From the NCBI GenBank assembly GCA_017647145.1, contig JAGCLD010000034.1:28838-92837 (forward strand): DNA of 64,000 nucleotides. Direction: 5' to 3'. Under the pieces are notes generated by a model that was not told where the DNA came from, ran no database searches, and worked only from the letters and a program-made list of their open reading frames with translations. Origin of the DNA: Paludibacteraceae bacterium. GTDB lineage: Bacteria > Bacteroidota > Bacteroidia > Bacteroidales > Paludibacteraceae. Each line of letters begins with the position of its first letter. Position 1 is the stretch's first letter. This document shows, piece after piece, positions 50,546 to 58,755 of this stretch. Both the position numbers and the translations under genes were made by a program.

Positions 50546-50782
50546 CAAGCGCTAATAAACGCTTTTAATCATTATGTCTGCTTCTCCTGCCTCTTGGACA
50601 TAGCCATCGGCGTAGAGTTGCCTGACAAAGATAATGTATATCTTTGAAAAATGCAAACTCATCCACACTCTGCGCATAACGCGTCCGCGAAACCGTCTTG
50701 TGGCGAGTATAAGGAACTCCTATTTCTCACTTATCATCCCCGACAGTCAGAGATAGGAGTAAGCAAAGAAACACCAAGCCCA

Positions 50783-50912
50783 ATCGTTACCACACCGTTA
50801 CCATACCGTTACCATTAGATACAAAACAGATACCAACTAGATAGGAACTAGATAGGAACTAGGTGGGAACTAGATAGGAACTGGATAGGAACTAGGTAGG
50901 AACTAGATACCT
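50783..50912 (-). repeat. 11-bp-period modular tandem array, locus E (reverse orientation)
   Basis: Minus-strand read: TAGTTCCTA[CT]C-type units x6, TAGTTGGTATC, TGTTTTGTATC, then TAATGGTAACG, GTATGGTAACG and GTGTGGTAACG. Confidence 0.95.
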
Positions 50913-50982
50913 TTCAGTACTTTTATTTACACAAAGAGCCCGGCATTTTGCCGAGCTCTTTGTGGTTATGTTTTGTAGTGTG

Positions 50983-52269
50983 TTATGCTCCGAAGTTGTC
51001 GTACATAAGGTTTTCCTTTGGAACTCCAAGACTGTCAAGCATGTTTTCTACTGCTTTACTCATCGGACCAGGACCGCACATGTAGTATTCGATGTCTTCA
51101 GGTGCATCGTGGTCTTTTAAGTATGTTTCGTAAATCACATTGTGCACAAAGCCCGGGGTGTATTTCACGCCTGCTGCATCAGCCACAGGGTCTGGTCGGT
51201 CGAGCGCCAAGTGGAATGAGAAGTTAGGGAAATCTTTTTCTATTTGTAAGAAGTCTTCCAAATAGAATACTTCGTTCAAAGCGCGAGCTCCATAGAAGTA
51301 AGACATTTTTCTGTCAGTAGTTTTCAATGTCTTAGTTAAGTGCATGATTTGAGCACGTAAGGGAGCCATACCAGCACCACCACCAATCCACATCATTTCG
51401 TTTTTAGAATCAAAGATAGGGTGGAAGTCGCCATAAGGACCACTCATTGTTACTTTATCGCCCGGTTTGAGGGTGAAGATGTAGGAAGAAGCGATACCCG
51501 GCATTACGTCTTGGAATCCACCGCCTTGTTCTTTTGGTTTGAATGGAGGAGTAGCAATACGCACGGTAAGCATAATACGATCTCCTTCAGCAGGGTAGTT
51601 AGCCATAGAGTATGCACGTATGGTTTCTTCTGTATTTTCGCATTTTAAACCAAAGAGTCCGAAGTTTTGCCAAGCAGGAAGATATTCGTCACCAATGAGT
51701 GATTTGTCAATATCTTTGTCATAGTCCATTTTGTATTTAGGAATCTTGATTTGTGCATATGAACCCGGCACGAAATCCATGTGTTCTCCCGGAGGAAGCG
51801 CCACGATGAATTCTTTGATGAAGGTAGCAACGTTTTTGTTGCTGATTACTTCGCATTCCCATTCTTTAACGCCTAAAACAGATTCGTCAACTTTCAATGA
51901 TAAGTCACCTTTTACTTTTACTTGGCAACCCAAACGCCAGTGGTCTTTTACTTGTTTGCGACTGAAGTGTACCATTTCTGTTGGGAGGATTTCTCCACCT
52001 CCTTCAAGGACTTGGCATTTGCATTGTGCGCATGAACCTTTACCACCGCAAGCTGAAGGCAAGAATACGCCGGCATTAGCCATTGCGCTAAGTAATGAAC
52101 CTCCTGCGCCAACCTCCATTTCTTTCTCTCCATTGAGAAGGACTTTTACGTTGCCGGATGCTACTAAATATTTTTTAGCGACGAGCAGTATGACTACCAA
52201 CAGCAAGATTACCACTAAGAAGACAATCAAGCTGGATAGTATGCTCAATGAATTAATTTCTAATAACAT
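50983..52269 (-). CDS. nqrF: Na+-translocating NADH:quinone oxidoreductase subunit F
   Basis: N-terminal TM helix, 2Fe-2S CGGKGSCAQCKC, FAD block RAYSMAN, and an NADH-binding domain. Confidence 0.95.
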   Translation of the reverse strand: MLLEINSLSILSSLIVFLVVILLLVVILLVAKKYLVASGNVKVLLNGEKEMEVGAGGSLLSAMANAGVFLPSACGGKGSCAQCKCQVLEGGGEILPTEMVHFSRKQVKDHWRLGCQVKVKGDLSLKVDESVLGVKEWECEVISNKNVATFIKEFIVALPPGEHMDFVPGSYAQIKIPKYKMDYDKDIDKSLIGDEYLPAWQNFGLFGLKCENTEETIRAYSMANYPAEGDRIMLTVRIATPPFKPKEQGGGFQDVMPGIASSYIFTLKPGDKVTMSGPYGDFHPIFDSKNEMMWIGGGAGMAPLRAQIMHLTKTLKTTDRKMSYFYGARALNEVFYLEDFLQIEKDFPNFSFHLALDRPDPVADAAGVKYTPGFVHNVIYETYLKDHDAPEDIEYYMCGPGPMSKAVENMLDSLGVPKENLMYDNFGA

Positions 52270-52306
52270 ATTTTTGTGATTTTATGTTTACAGATAGTTT
52301 ATTTTA

Positions 52307-52951
52307 TTAGATTTCTAAGCCTGAGAAGCAGAGGAATGCCATTGCCATGAGGCCAACAACGATAAATGTGATTCCGAGTCCTTTGAGGGGTGCCGGAACA
52401 TCGTTGTATTCCATTTTTTCACGTATAGCAGCAAGTCCTACAATTGCCAGCATCCATCCGATTCCAGAACCGAGTGCGTAAGCCATAACGTCCAGCATAC
52501 TTGTGAGTGCTTTAGGGTCGGTTGGTTCAAGTCCCACGCGTTGTTGCATGAACAATGCTCCACCCATGATTGCGCAGTTTACAGCAATCAATGGCAGGAA
52601 GATACCTAATGAAGCATATAATGATGGAGAGAATTTTTCTACAATCATTTCCACTAATTGTACAATAGCAGCAATCACGGCGATGAAGAGGATGAAACTT
52701 AGATAGCTGAGGTCTAATGTAGCAAAGTCTTCGCTTATCCATTTAAGTGCACCTGCGCTTAATACTTTGGTTTCTAATAAATAGTTGACCGGAAGGGTGA
52801 TCATCAATACAAATGTTACTGCAACCCCTAATCCCAATGATGTTTTAACATTCTTGGATACGGCCAAGTAAGAACACATTCCAAGGAAGAATGCGAAAAT
52901 CATGTTGTCCACAAAGATGGATCGAACAAATAATGTTAATGCGTGTTCCAT
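52307..52951 (-). CDS. nqrE: Na+-NQR subunit E
   Basis: Polytopic membrane protein in nqr order, with a conserved Cys in a TM helix (AVNCAIMGG). Confidence 0.9.
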   Translation of the reverse strand: MEHALTLFVRSIFVDNMIFAFFLGMCSYLAVSKNVKTSLGLGVAVTFVLMITLPVNYLLETKVLSAGALKWISEDFATLDLSYLSFILFIAVIAAIVQLVEMIVEKFSPSLYASLGIFLPLIAVNCAIMGGALFMQQRVGLEPTDPKALTSMLDVMAYALGSGIGWMLAIVGLAAIREKMEYNDVPAPLKGLGITFIVVGLMAMAFLCFSGLEI

Positions 52952-52964
52952 ATATCAATCCTCC

Positions 52965-53588
52965 TTATTTTTCTTGTAAATCTTTATTTAATGAACGATG
53001 AACCCAGATGATGCAGGCCACCAAGATAAGTGCCATAGAAGGCATCATCATTAAACCATTGTTGCTGTATCCGGCTTCGTAGAAGCAGTTAGGAATGACT
53101 TGGAAACCAAATAGTTTTCCACTTCCTAATAATTCGCGGAAGAATGCCACTGCGATTAAAATCCAAGCATAACCAATACCATTACCAATACCATCCAAGA
53201 AAGAATCCCATGGTTTGTTGCTCATAGCAAATGCTTCCAAACGTCCCATGAGGATACAGTTGGTAATAATTAATCCGATGTATACGGATAATTGTACGCT
53301 TACATCATAGGCGAAAGCTTTTAGGACTTCGCTCACAATGGTAACTACAGTCGCAACCACCACTAATTGTACAATGATACGCACACTGTTAGGAATGGTG
53401 TTGCGGAGTAAAGAAATAATTACGTTTGCCAATGCAACGATGATGGTAACGGAAAGTCCCATCACGATAGCCGGCTTTAATTCAACGGTTACCGCCAATG
53501 CAGAACAGATACCTAACACTTGCAGGATAACCGGATTATTCTTGTTCAATGGACCTAATAAAGTCTCTTTGAATTTGTCATTTTTCAT
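52965..53588 (-). CDS. nqrD: Na+-NQR subunit D
   Basis: Polytopic, NqrD/RnfE-like (GICSALAVT, ITNCILMGR). Confidence 0.9.
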   Translation of the reverse strand: MKNDKFKETLLGPLNKNNPVILQVLGICSALAVTVELKPAIVMGLSVTIIVALANVIISLLRNTIPNSVRIIVQLVVVATVVTIVSEVLKAFAYDVSVQLSVYIGLIITNCILMGRLEAFAMSNKPWDSFLDGIGNGIGYAWILIAVAFFRELLGSGKLFGFQVIPNCFYEAGYSNNGLMMMPSMALILVACIIWVHRSLNKDLQEK

Positions 53589-53606
53589 ATTTTTAGTCTC
53601 CTTTTC

Positions 53607-54488
53607 TTATTCTTCGGTAATTACCAATTCTTCAGTGGCTTCTATTGTTGCATTTTCAGCTTCTTGCGCAACTGATTTTACTAAAAATGGTTCGTATGGA
53701 GCGATGCTTGTTTGTAGCATGCTTTCTACACCTTTACTTGTGATGGTGCCACCTGAGATAGCATCAACTTGGTCTTGTCCTTCTGCTGATTGTCCCGCTT
53801 TCATAATGGCAATAGAAGCAAATTTACCATTTTGCATAATGTGTTTTCCAATGAATGGTTTACGGAATGCAGGCATAACAATATTTGCTCCCAAACCCGG
53901 TGTTTCACTTGCGTGTGAGAAGTACACTCCATTGATGGTGTTTCTGTCGTCATCAAGGGCAATGTATCCCCAGATGGCTCCCCAAAGACCTTTTCCGTAT
54001 AAAGGAATGATCCATTTGGTAGTTTGTTCAACTTCAGCCATGTAGATTACATATTCTCCCGCTTGTGGAGCATAGTTGAAGTCACTGACAGGGTCAAGGT
54101 CTTTGATGATTTCACCTGTTTCGTCCAAGATGTAGATGTGCTTGATGTTGTCAGCAAATAGTTGTGCTGCATCAGCTCCTTCTAATACGACAGCAGGAAG
54201 AGAAGAAAGTATTTGTTTCTTCTTGTCAAGTTCGATGTTAGCATTTTGTCTGCTTTTAAGGGCACCTGATGTGATAGATAAGAGCAATGCCACAATTACA
54301 ACAATGATGGTGGTGTAAACCATGATGTAGGCATTTGAATTTTTATTGATGCCTTTTTTCTTTTGTTCGCCACCTTCTATGAGTTCAAACTCAGATGCAG
54401 GTGCTTGGCAAACCGGACATTTCTCCGGAGCAGTAGCTCCTTCATGAATATATCCGCAAACTTTACATTTATATTTATTTGTAGCCAT
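53607..54488 (-). CDS. nqrC: Na+-NQR subunit C with an N-terminal rubredoxin-like CxxC...CxxC extension
   Basis: FMN attachment block ISGGTITSKG. The N-terminal YKCKVCGYIHEGATAPEKCPVCQAPASEF precedes the single TM helix. Confidence 0.85.
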   Translation of the reverse strand: MATNKYKCKVCGYIHEGATAPEKCPVCQAPASEFELIEGGEQKKKGINKNSNAYIMVYTTIIVVIVALLLSITSGALKSRQNANIELDKKKQILSSLPAVVLEGADAAQLFADNIKHIYILDETGEIIKDLDPVSDFNYAPQAGEYVIYMAEVEQTTKWIIPLYGKGLWGAIWGYIALDDDRNTINGVYFSHASETPGLGANIVMPAFRKPFIGKHIMQNGKFASIAIMKAGQSAEGQDQVDAISGGTITSKGVESMLQTSIAPYEPFLVKSVAQEAENATIEATEELVITEE

Positions 54489-54501
54489 AATATTCTTTCT
54501 T

Positions 54502-55704
54502 TTATTTAGTTGCGCGTTTCAGTCTTCGTTTAATGTTGGCTTGTACTACATAGTAGTCAATGAGGCATGCGAAGATATTCATTAATAGGATAGCCAACAT
54601 CATACCTTCCGGATATCCTGGATTCAATACTCTGACCACGACTGCGATTACACCAATCAAGAAGCCATAAATCCATTTTCCTGTTTCAGTACGTGCAGCG
54701 GTTACTGGGTCAGTAGCCATGAATACTGCACCAAATGCAAAACCACCTAATACTAAATGGTTGTACCAAGGCAGGTTAGCAATGGCAGTTTCAGGTCCCC
54801 AGAGGTTGAATGCTAATGCTGTGAGTGCACCTCCGGCAAATACAGAAAGAGTGATTTTCCAACTTGAGATACCAGTGACCATTAATAACATTCCTCCAAG
54901 AAGGATTGCCAATGTACATGTTTCTCCTACAGAACCAGGAATCAGTCCAAGGAATCCGTCTATGAATCCGATGTTATTGCCCAGTATGTCTGTGAATAGT
55001 GGTGTGCTCTCAGTGGCAGTTCCAACTTGTCCGAGTGGGGTAGCACCGGTGAATGTGTCAACTGTAGCATGTCCGTTGCTCCATCCCCATGTTCCTTGAG
55101 TTCTTACCCATACTTGGTCGCCTGACATAGCTGTCGGGTAAGCAAAGAAAAGGAATGCACGTGTGATTAATGCTACATTGAATATATTGTAGCCAGTTCC
55201 TCCAAATACTTCTTTAGCGAAGATTACAGCGAATGCTGTAGCCACTGCAACCATCCATAATGGAGTGTTGATAGGCACGATAAGCGGAATAAGAATACCG
55301 GTTACAAGAAAGCCTTCTGCAATTTCGTGTCCTTTGATTTGTGCTACTGTGAATTCAATTCCAAGCCCTACTACATAAGCTACGACTATGTATGGCAAGA
55401 CAGCCAGTGCTCCGAAGAAGAATGTGCTCCAGAAAGAGGCATCTTGTCCTATTGCAAGGAAGTGTTGATAACCTACGTTGTACATACCGAACAATAAGGC
55501 AGGGATCAAGGCAAGTACTACCATAATCATCGTGCGCTTAGAGTCGATGGCATCATGAATTTGTGTTCCTATGCGTTTGCTTGTGCTGTTAGGAACGAAT
55601 AAGAATGTTTCAAATCCGTCAAATACGGAATGGAACATACTCAATTTTCCGCCTTCTGAGAAGGTGGGCTTGAGCTTATCTACTATGTCTTTTAAAAATT
55701 TCAT
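54502..55704 (-). CDS. nqrB: Na+-NQR subunit B
   Basis: Polytopic, with FMN attachment block TFTGATPLG. Confidence 0.9.
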   Translation of the reverse strand: MKFLKDIVDKLKPTFSEGGKLSMFHSVFDGFETFLFVPNSTSKRIGTQIHDAIDSKRTMIMVVLALIPALLFGMYNVGYQHFLAIGQDASFWSTFFFGALAVLPYIVVAYVVGLGIEFTVAQIKGHEIAEGFLVTGILIPLIVPINTPLWMVAVATAFAVIFAKEVFGGTGYNIFNVALITRAFLFFAYPTAMSGDQVWVRTQGTWGWSNGHATVDTFTGATPLGQVGTATESTPLFTDILGNNIGFIDGFLGLIPGSVGETCTLAILLGGMLLMVTGISSWKITLSVFAGGALTALAFNLWGPETAIANLPWYNHLVLGGFAFGAVFMATDPVTAARTETGKWIYGFLIGVIAVVVRVLNPGYPEGMMLAILLMNIFACLIDYYVVQANIKRRLKRATK

Positions 55705-55724
55705 ATATCGTTCAATATTTGTCG

Positions 55725-57092
55725 TTATTCTAATTCAGATTTCATGTTGTCCAACGCTTTGCGAACTATGGCTTGTAATGGTAGTTTTGATGTGCAAACA
55801 AATTCACAAAGAGCTACATCTTCAGGAGCAATTTCATAAGCACCCAATGCTTCCATCTTGTCTATGTTACCCGCGATCATGGCTTTGATGAGGTATTCTA
55901 CATAGATGTCCATAGGCAATACTTTTTCATATTCACCTGACATAATCATAGCGCGTTGTCCTCCTAATATACGTGCGTCAAAGTTGAATGTCATTTTTGG
56001 GCATACTTTGCGAAGTATTTTTGTTAGAAAGGTGTTGCTGTTGCTGAACTTGTCGAAGCGAGGCATAATCCAACCGAATAACTCATGTGTGTCGGCTCCT
56101 TCTTCCAATACGGTGATTTGATTGGTGTAAGGTGATAAGACTTCGTCTTCGTTGATTTGGTGTCCTGACAAGACATTGCCACATACTAAGCGTAAGGCTA
56201 TTTCTTTGTGAATGTTACCGCGCAGAATGTTGCTAGCTGTGCTACCATATTTTACGCGATAGTATTGTGGTTCGTGCACTTCAGGTCCTGTTAATGCAAC
56301 TACTTTGGTCATATCAACAATGCCTTCGCAGAGGAATTTACCGATAATAAGCATGTCTTGCAGGTTGATGGTCCACACAACTTCGCCTTTGTTGACTGCG
56401 TCTATATGGTGGATTTGCACGCCTACGTTTCCTGCAGGGTGTGCTCCTTCGAATTCGGTGAAGTGTGCATGTTGCAACATTCTGAATTCGGTAGATGTGC
56501 TTCCTGCACGTAATCCTATTTCTACGTCTTTACCGCTGATGATGCTAAATGCTTTTACAGCTGCTTGTAGGTAGTTAGCCTTTCCTTGTGCTACAAACTC
56601 GTAGTTAGGTGCAAGAGGTGCTGTGTCGAATGTGGAAACAAAGACTTTCTTAGGTGCAATAGCCGGATTGGCAATTACGTCATAAGGGCGTTGTTTTACA
56701 CACCACCACAGACCACTCTCTAACAGGGCTTGTTTGAGATTGTCTGCGCTTGCGTTTGCAAGGTTGATTTTTTCAAATGTTTTGTACACTTGTTCTTTGT
56801 CTGCACGGATATCGATGCTGAGCACTTTACGGCGTTCTCCGCGATTGACAGCAATGATTTCCCCGCTTACAGGGGCAACAAATTGCATTTCAGAACATTG
56901 TTTATTGTAAAATACGGGTGAACCTGCTTCTACTCGTTCACCTTCTTTCACCACCACTTTGGGGGTGATGCCCGCAAAATGATCAGGCACTACGGAAAAG
57001 ATTTCGCTCTGAGGATTACTTCCGATGACTTCGGCAGCTTTTCCGTTGATGGCAATGTCTAATCCGCGTTTAAGTTTAATTTTTTGGATCAT
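55725..57092 (-). CDS. nqrA: Na+-NQR subunit A
   Basis: 455-aa soluble subunit at the head of the nqrABCDEF order. Confidence 0.9.
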   Translation of the reverse strand: MIQKIKLKRGLDIAINGKAAEVIGSNPQSEIFSVVPDHFAGITPKVVVKEGERVEAGSPVFYNKQCSEMQFVAPVSGEIIAVNRGERRKVLSIDIRADKEQVYKTFEKINLANASADNLKQALLESGLWWCVKQRPYDVIANPAIAPKKVFVSTFDTAPLAPNYEFVAQGKANYLQAAVKAFSIISGKDVEIGLRAGSTSTEFRMLQHAHFTEFEGAHPAGNVGVQIHHIDAVNKGEVVWTINLQDMLIIGKFLCEGIVDMTKVVALTGPEVHEPQYYRVKYGSTASNILRGNIHKEIALRLVCGNVLSGHQINEDEVLSPYTNQITVLEEGADTHELFGWIMPRFDKFSNSNTFLTKILRKVCPKMTFNFDARILGGQRAMIMSGEYEKVLPMDIYVEYLIKAMIAGNIDKMEALGAYEIAPEDVALCEFVCTSKLPLQAIVRKALDNMKSELE

Positions 57093-57240
57093 AGTGATTA
57101 ATTAATCTTATGCTGAATTCTATTGTTTTTGTGCTTTTCTCGGTGTTAGTTTTTTGCTTTATATTTCGTTTCTTTTTTTTGATGGTAATCCTTATTGTGG
57201 GTTCCTATTGAACGTAATTCTCGCAATAAACTTAACTTTG

Positions 57241-57248
57241 CAAAAGTA
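57241..57248 (-). promoter_or_regulatory. -7 promoter box (TActTTTG on the minus strand) for the nqr operon
   Basis: CAAAAGTA on the plus strand, about 150 nt upstream of the nqrA start. Confidence 0.45.
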
Positions 57249-57327
57249 CATCATTTATTTCTAATAAAGAAATCTATCTTTAATAATTTGTATTTTTTTG
57301 TTATTGCTGTTCGGTGAAAGAGCTATT

Positions 57328-57467
57328 GTGGTATCTTCTTCCTATCTAGTTCCTATCTGTTTTGTATCTTTATCCTACGTGTATCCTACGTGTATCCTAC
57401 GTGTATCCTACGTGTATCCTACGTGTATCCTACGTGTATCCTACGTGTATCCTACGTGTCTGGTAGG
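57328..57467 (+). repeat. 11-bp-period modular tandem array, locus F (longest copy)
   Basis: In register from 57336: TTCTTCCTATC, TAGTTCCTATC, TGTTTTGTATC, TTTATCCTACG, TGTATCCTACG x7, TGTCTGGTAGG. Confidence 0.95.
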
Positions 57468-57677
57468 TAAAAATTTACAAAGTTAGGGAATTTTGGGGAT
57501 AGGATGCTCACGGAGTGAGGTGGAGGCACGGGTGCAGATGTGTTTGTCGGTGCAAAGGGTGTGTGCCTGCGGCAGGGTGTGTCGCGGGGCGAGGTGGAAG
57601 GGTTATGGGTTAAAGGGATTTTTTGTGGTGTATCATGTATTTAGAGAAGATGATTTGTTTTTTTTAAAAATATAAAT

Positions 57678-57685
57678 TATATTTG
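57678..57685 (+). promoter_or_regulatory. -7 promoter box TAtaTTTG at the head of the long leader
   Basis: Exact TAnnTTTG motif preceded by an AT-rich tract. Confidence 0.5.
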
Positions 57686-57690
57686 CAATG

Positions 57691-58029
57691 TGAATCCACG
57701 TCGGGGATATGTCTATTATAAACGGGGTGGGTGAGCGGACATAATGAAAGGCGTTTATTGACGCTCTGTTCTGATGCTCTGAAACTTCGCAACTTTCATA
57801 TTTGTATTCAGGACTTAGCAACGGTAGATGTCCTACGGGATATAGGATTATCCCTCTTGTGCTCATTCGGGTACGCATGTTACGTATATAGATACGTGCA
57901 TGTTTTGTGTGTAAGCATAAGAGAATATTTTATATTCGGCGTGGGCTTCGCGTTGTCGGTCTAATACAAAGGGCAATGCGAAGGCCTAAGAGCATGGAAC
58001 GACAACAGTCGGACTCCACGCTTTTTTTA
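57691..58029 (+). ncRNA. Structured leader or sRNA of about 340 nt ending in a terminator, upstream of the caspase-like operon
   Basis: Several hand-found hairpins: TATGTC/GACATA, GGGATA/TATCCC, and an 11-bp CATG-TACGTAT/ATACGT-GCATG. The 3' composite helix is GGCGTGG...CCACGC plus GTTGTCG/CGACAAC, followed by T7 at 58022-58028, 55 nt before the ATG at 58084. Confidence 0.35.
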
Positions 58030-58083
58030 TGTGTATATGTGAAAACTAATAAGTTATAATCAACCATTAAACAAATTAATCGT

Positions 58084-58755
58084 ATGAAAAAGGTATTATT
58101 CGTGGCGATGGCATTGCTGGTAGCATGCAGCGCAAGTTTTGCACAAGATGCAAAAGAAATTATGAAAGAGCGTCAAGTAACTGCTAAATTAGCTAAAAAA
58201 GAACTTAATGCTAAAGTAGATAAAACAACAAAGAAGGAGGCAAAACGCCTTAAAAGAGAAGGTTGGGTAGTCAGCCCCGGTGCATTGCCATTAGAGAAAC
58301 AGTTGGAGCGTTCGTATTTGATGGAGTTTGAGTATGACGAAAATCTCTTCCCAAAATACATTATGGCAAACGCTCAATCTATCGGCGAGAATTATGATGC
58401 AGCCAAGACTGCAGTAACTTCATTGGCTATTACTAACCTTGCAGGTCAAATTCAAACAGAAGTAACTGCTCTCATTGAAAATACGGTGGCAAACAGACAA
58501 TTAGCAGCAGAAGATGCAGCAAGTATCACAGAGACCGTCATGGCTAGCAAAAACTTAATCAGCCAATCTATCGGCCGGGTGATTACCGTAGTAGAGTGCT
58601 ACCGCATTTTGGATAACAAGAACCGCGAAGTAATGGTCCGCATTGCTTATAATGGCGAAATGGCAAAAGAAGCAGCAAAGAAAGCTGTACGTCAAGAATT
58701 AGAGAAGAAGGGCGATAAATTGCACGAACAATTGGATCAAATACTTGGTCTCTAA
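58084..58755 (+). CDS. Lipoprotein, LPP20-like
   Basis: Lipobox LLVAC, a Lys-rich coiled N-terminal segment, and an alpha/beta domain with an A..A...A..L pattern. The family call is from memory. Confidence 0.5.
   Translation: MKKVLFVAMALLVACSASFAQDAKEIMKERQVTAKLAKKELNAKVDKTTKKEAKRLKREGWVVSPGALPLEKQLERSYLMEFEYDENLFPKYIMANAQSIGENYDAAKTAVTSLAITNLAGQIQTEVTALIENTVANRQLAAEDAASITETVMASKNLISQSIGRVITVVECYRILDNKNREVMVRIAYNGEMAKEAAKKAVRQELEKKGDKLHEQLDQILGL

Noticed and set aside
50330-50647. 105-aa ORF in the 50.3-50.6 kb intergenic region
   Set aside because: It coincides with the strongly base-paired 6S-like RNA, begins inside the promoter box, and has no recognisable protein features.
50620-50650. 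Back-to-back boxes CAAAGATA-atgta-TATCTTTG, considered as a divergent promoter pair
   Set aside because: The leftward box would drive transcription antisense through the whole 6S-like gene. The pair may simply be an 8-bp hairpin. Only the rightward box is mentioned, under array E, as a possibility.
53338-54045. 235-aa plus-strand ORF, and similar long antisense ORFs at 51731..52279, 44565..45098, 12731..13225, 33167..33631 and 41040..41519
   Set aside because: Each lies entirely antisense within a well-supported conserved gene (nqrD/nqrC, nqrF, dnaE, ffh, uvrA, pepT). Their composition is low-complexity and rich in Ser, Pro and Thr, as is typical of shadow ORFs.
57298-57486. 62-aa ORF over array F with the same YVYPTCILRVS repeats
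   Set aside because: This is the same artefact of translating the 11-bp tandem repeat.
57691-58029. Identity of the structured region as tmRNA, RNase P RNA, SRP RNA or a known riboswitch
   Set aside because: It has no GGGGCUGA start, no tag reading frame with an ALAA-type end and no CCA-adjacent T-arm, so it is not tmRNA. It lacks the GAGGAAAGUCCGG and ACAGAA cores of RNase P, the SRP domain IV motif, and the B12 box and TPP cores. It is left as unclassified.
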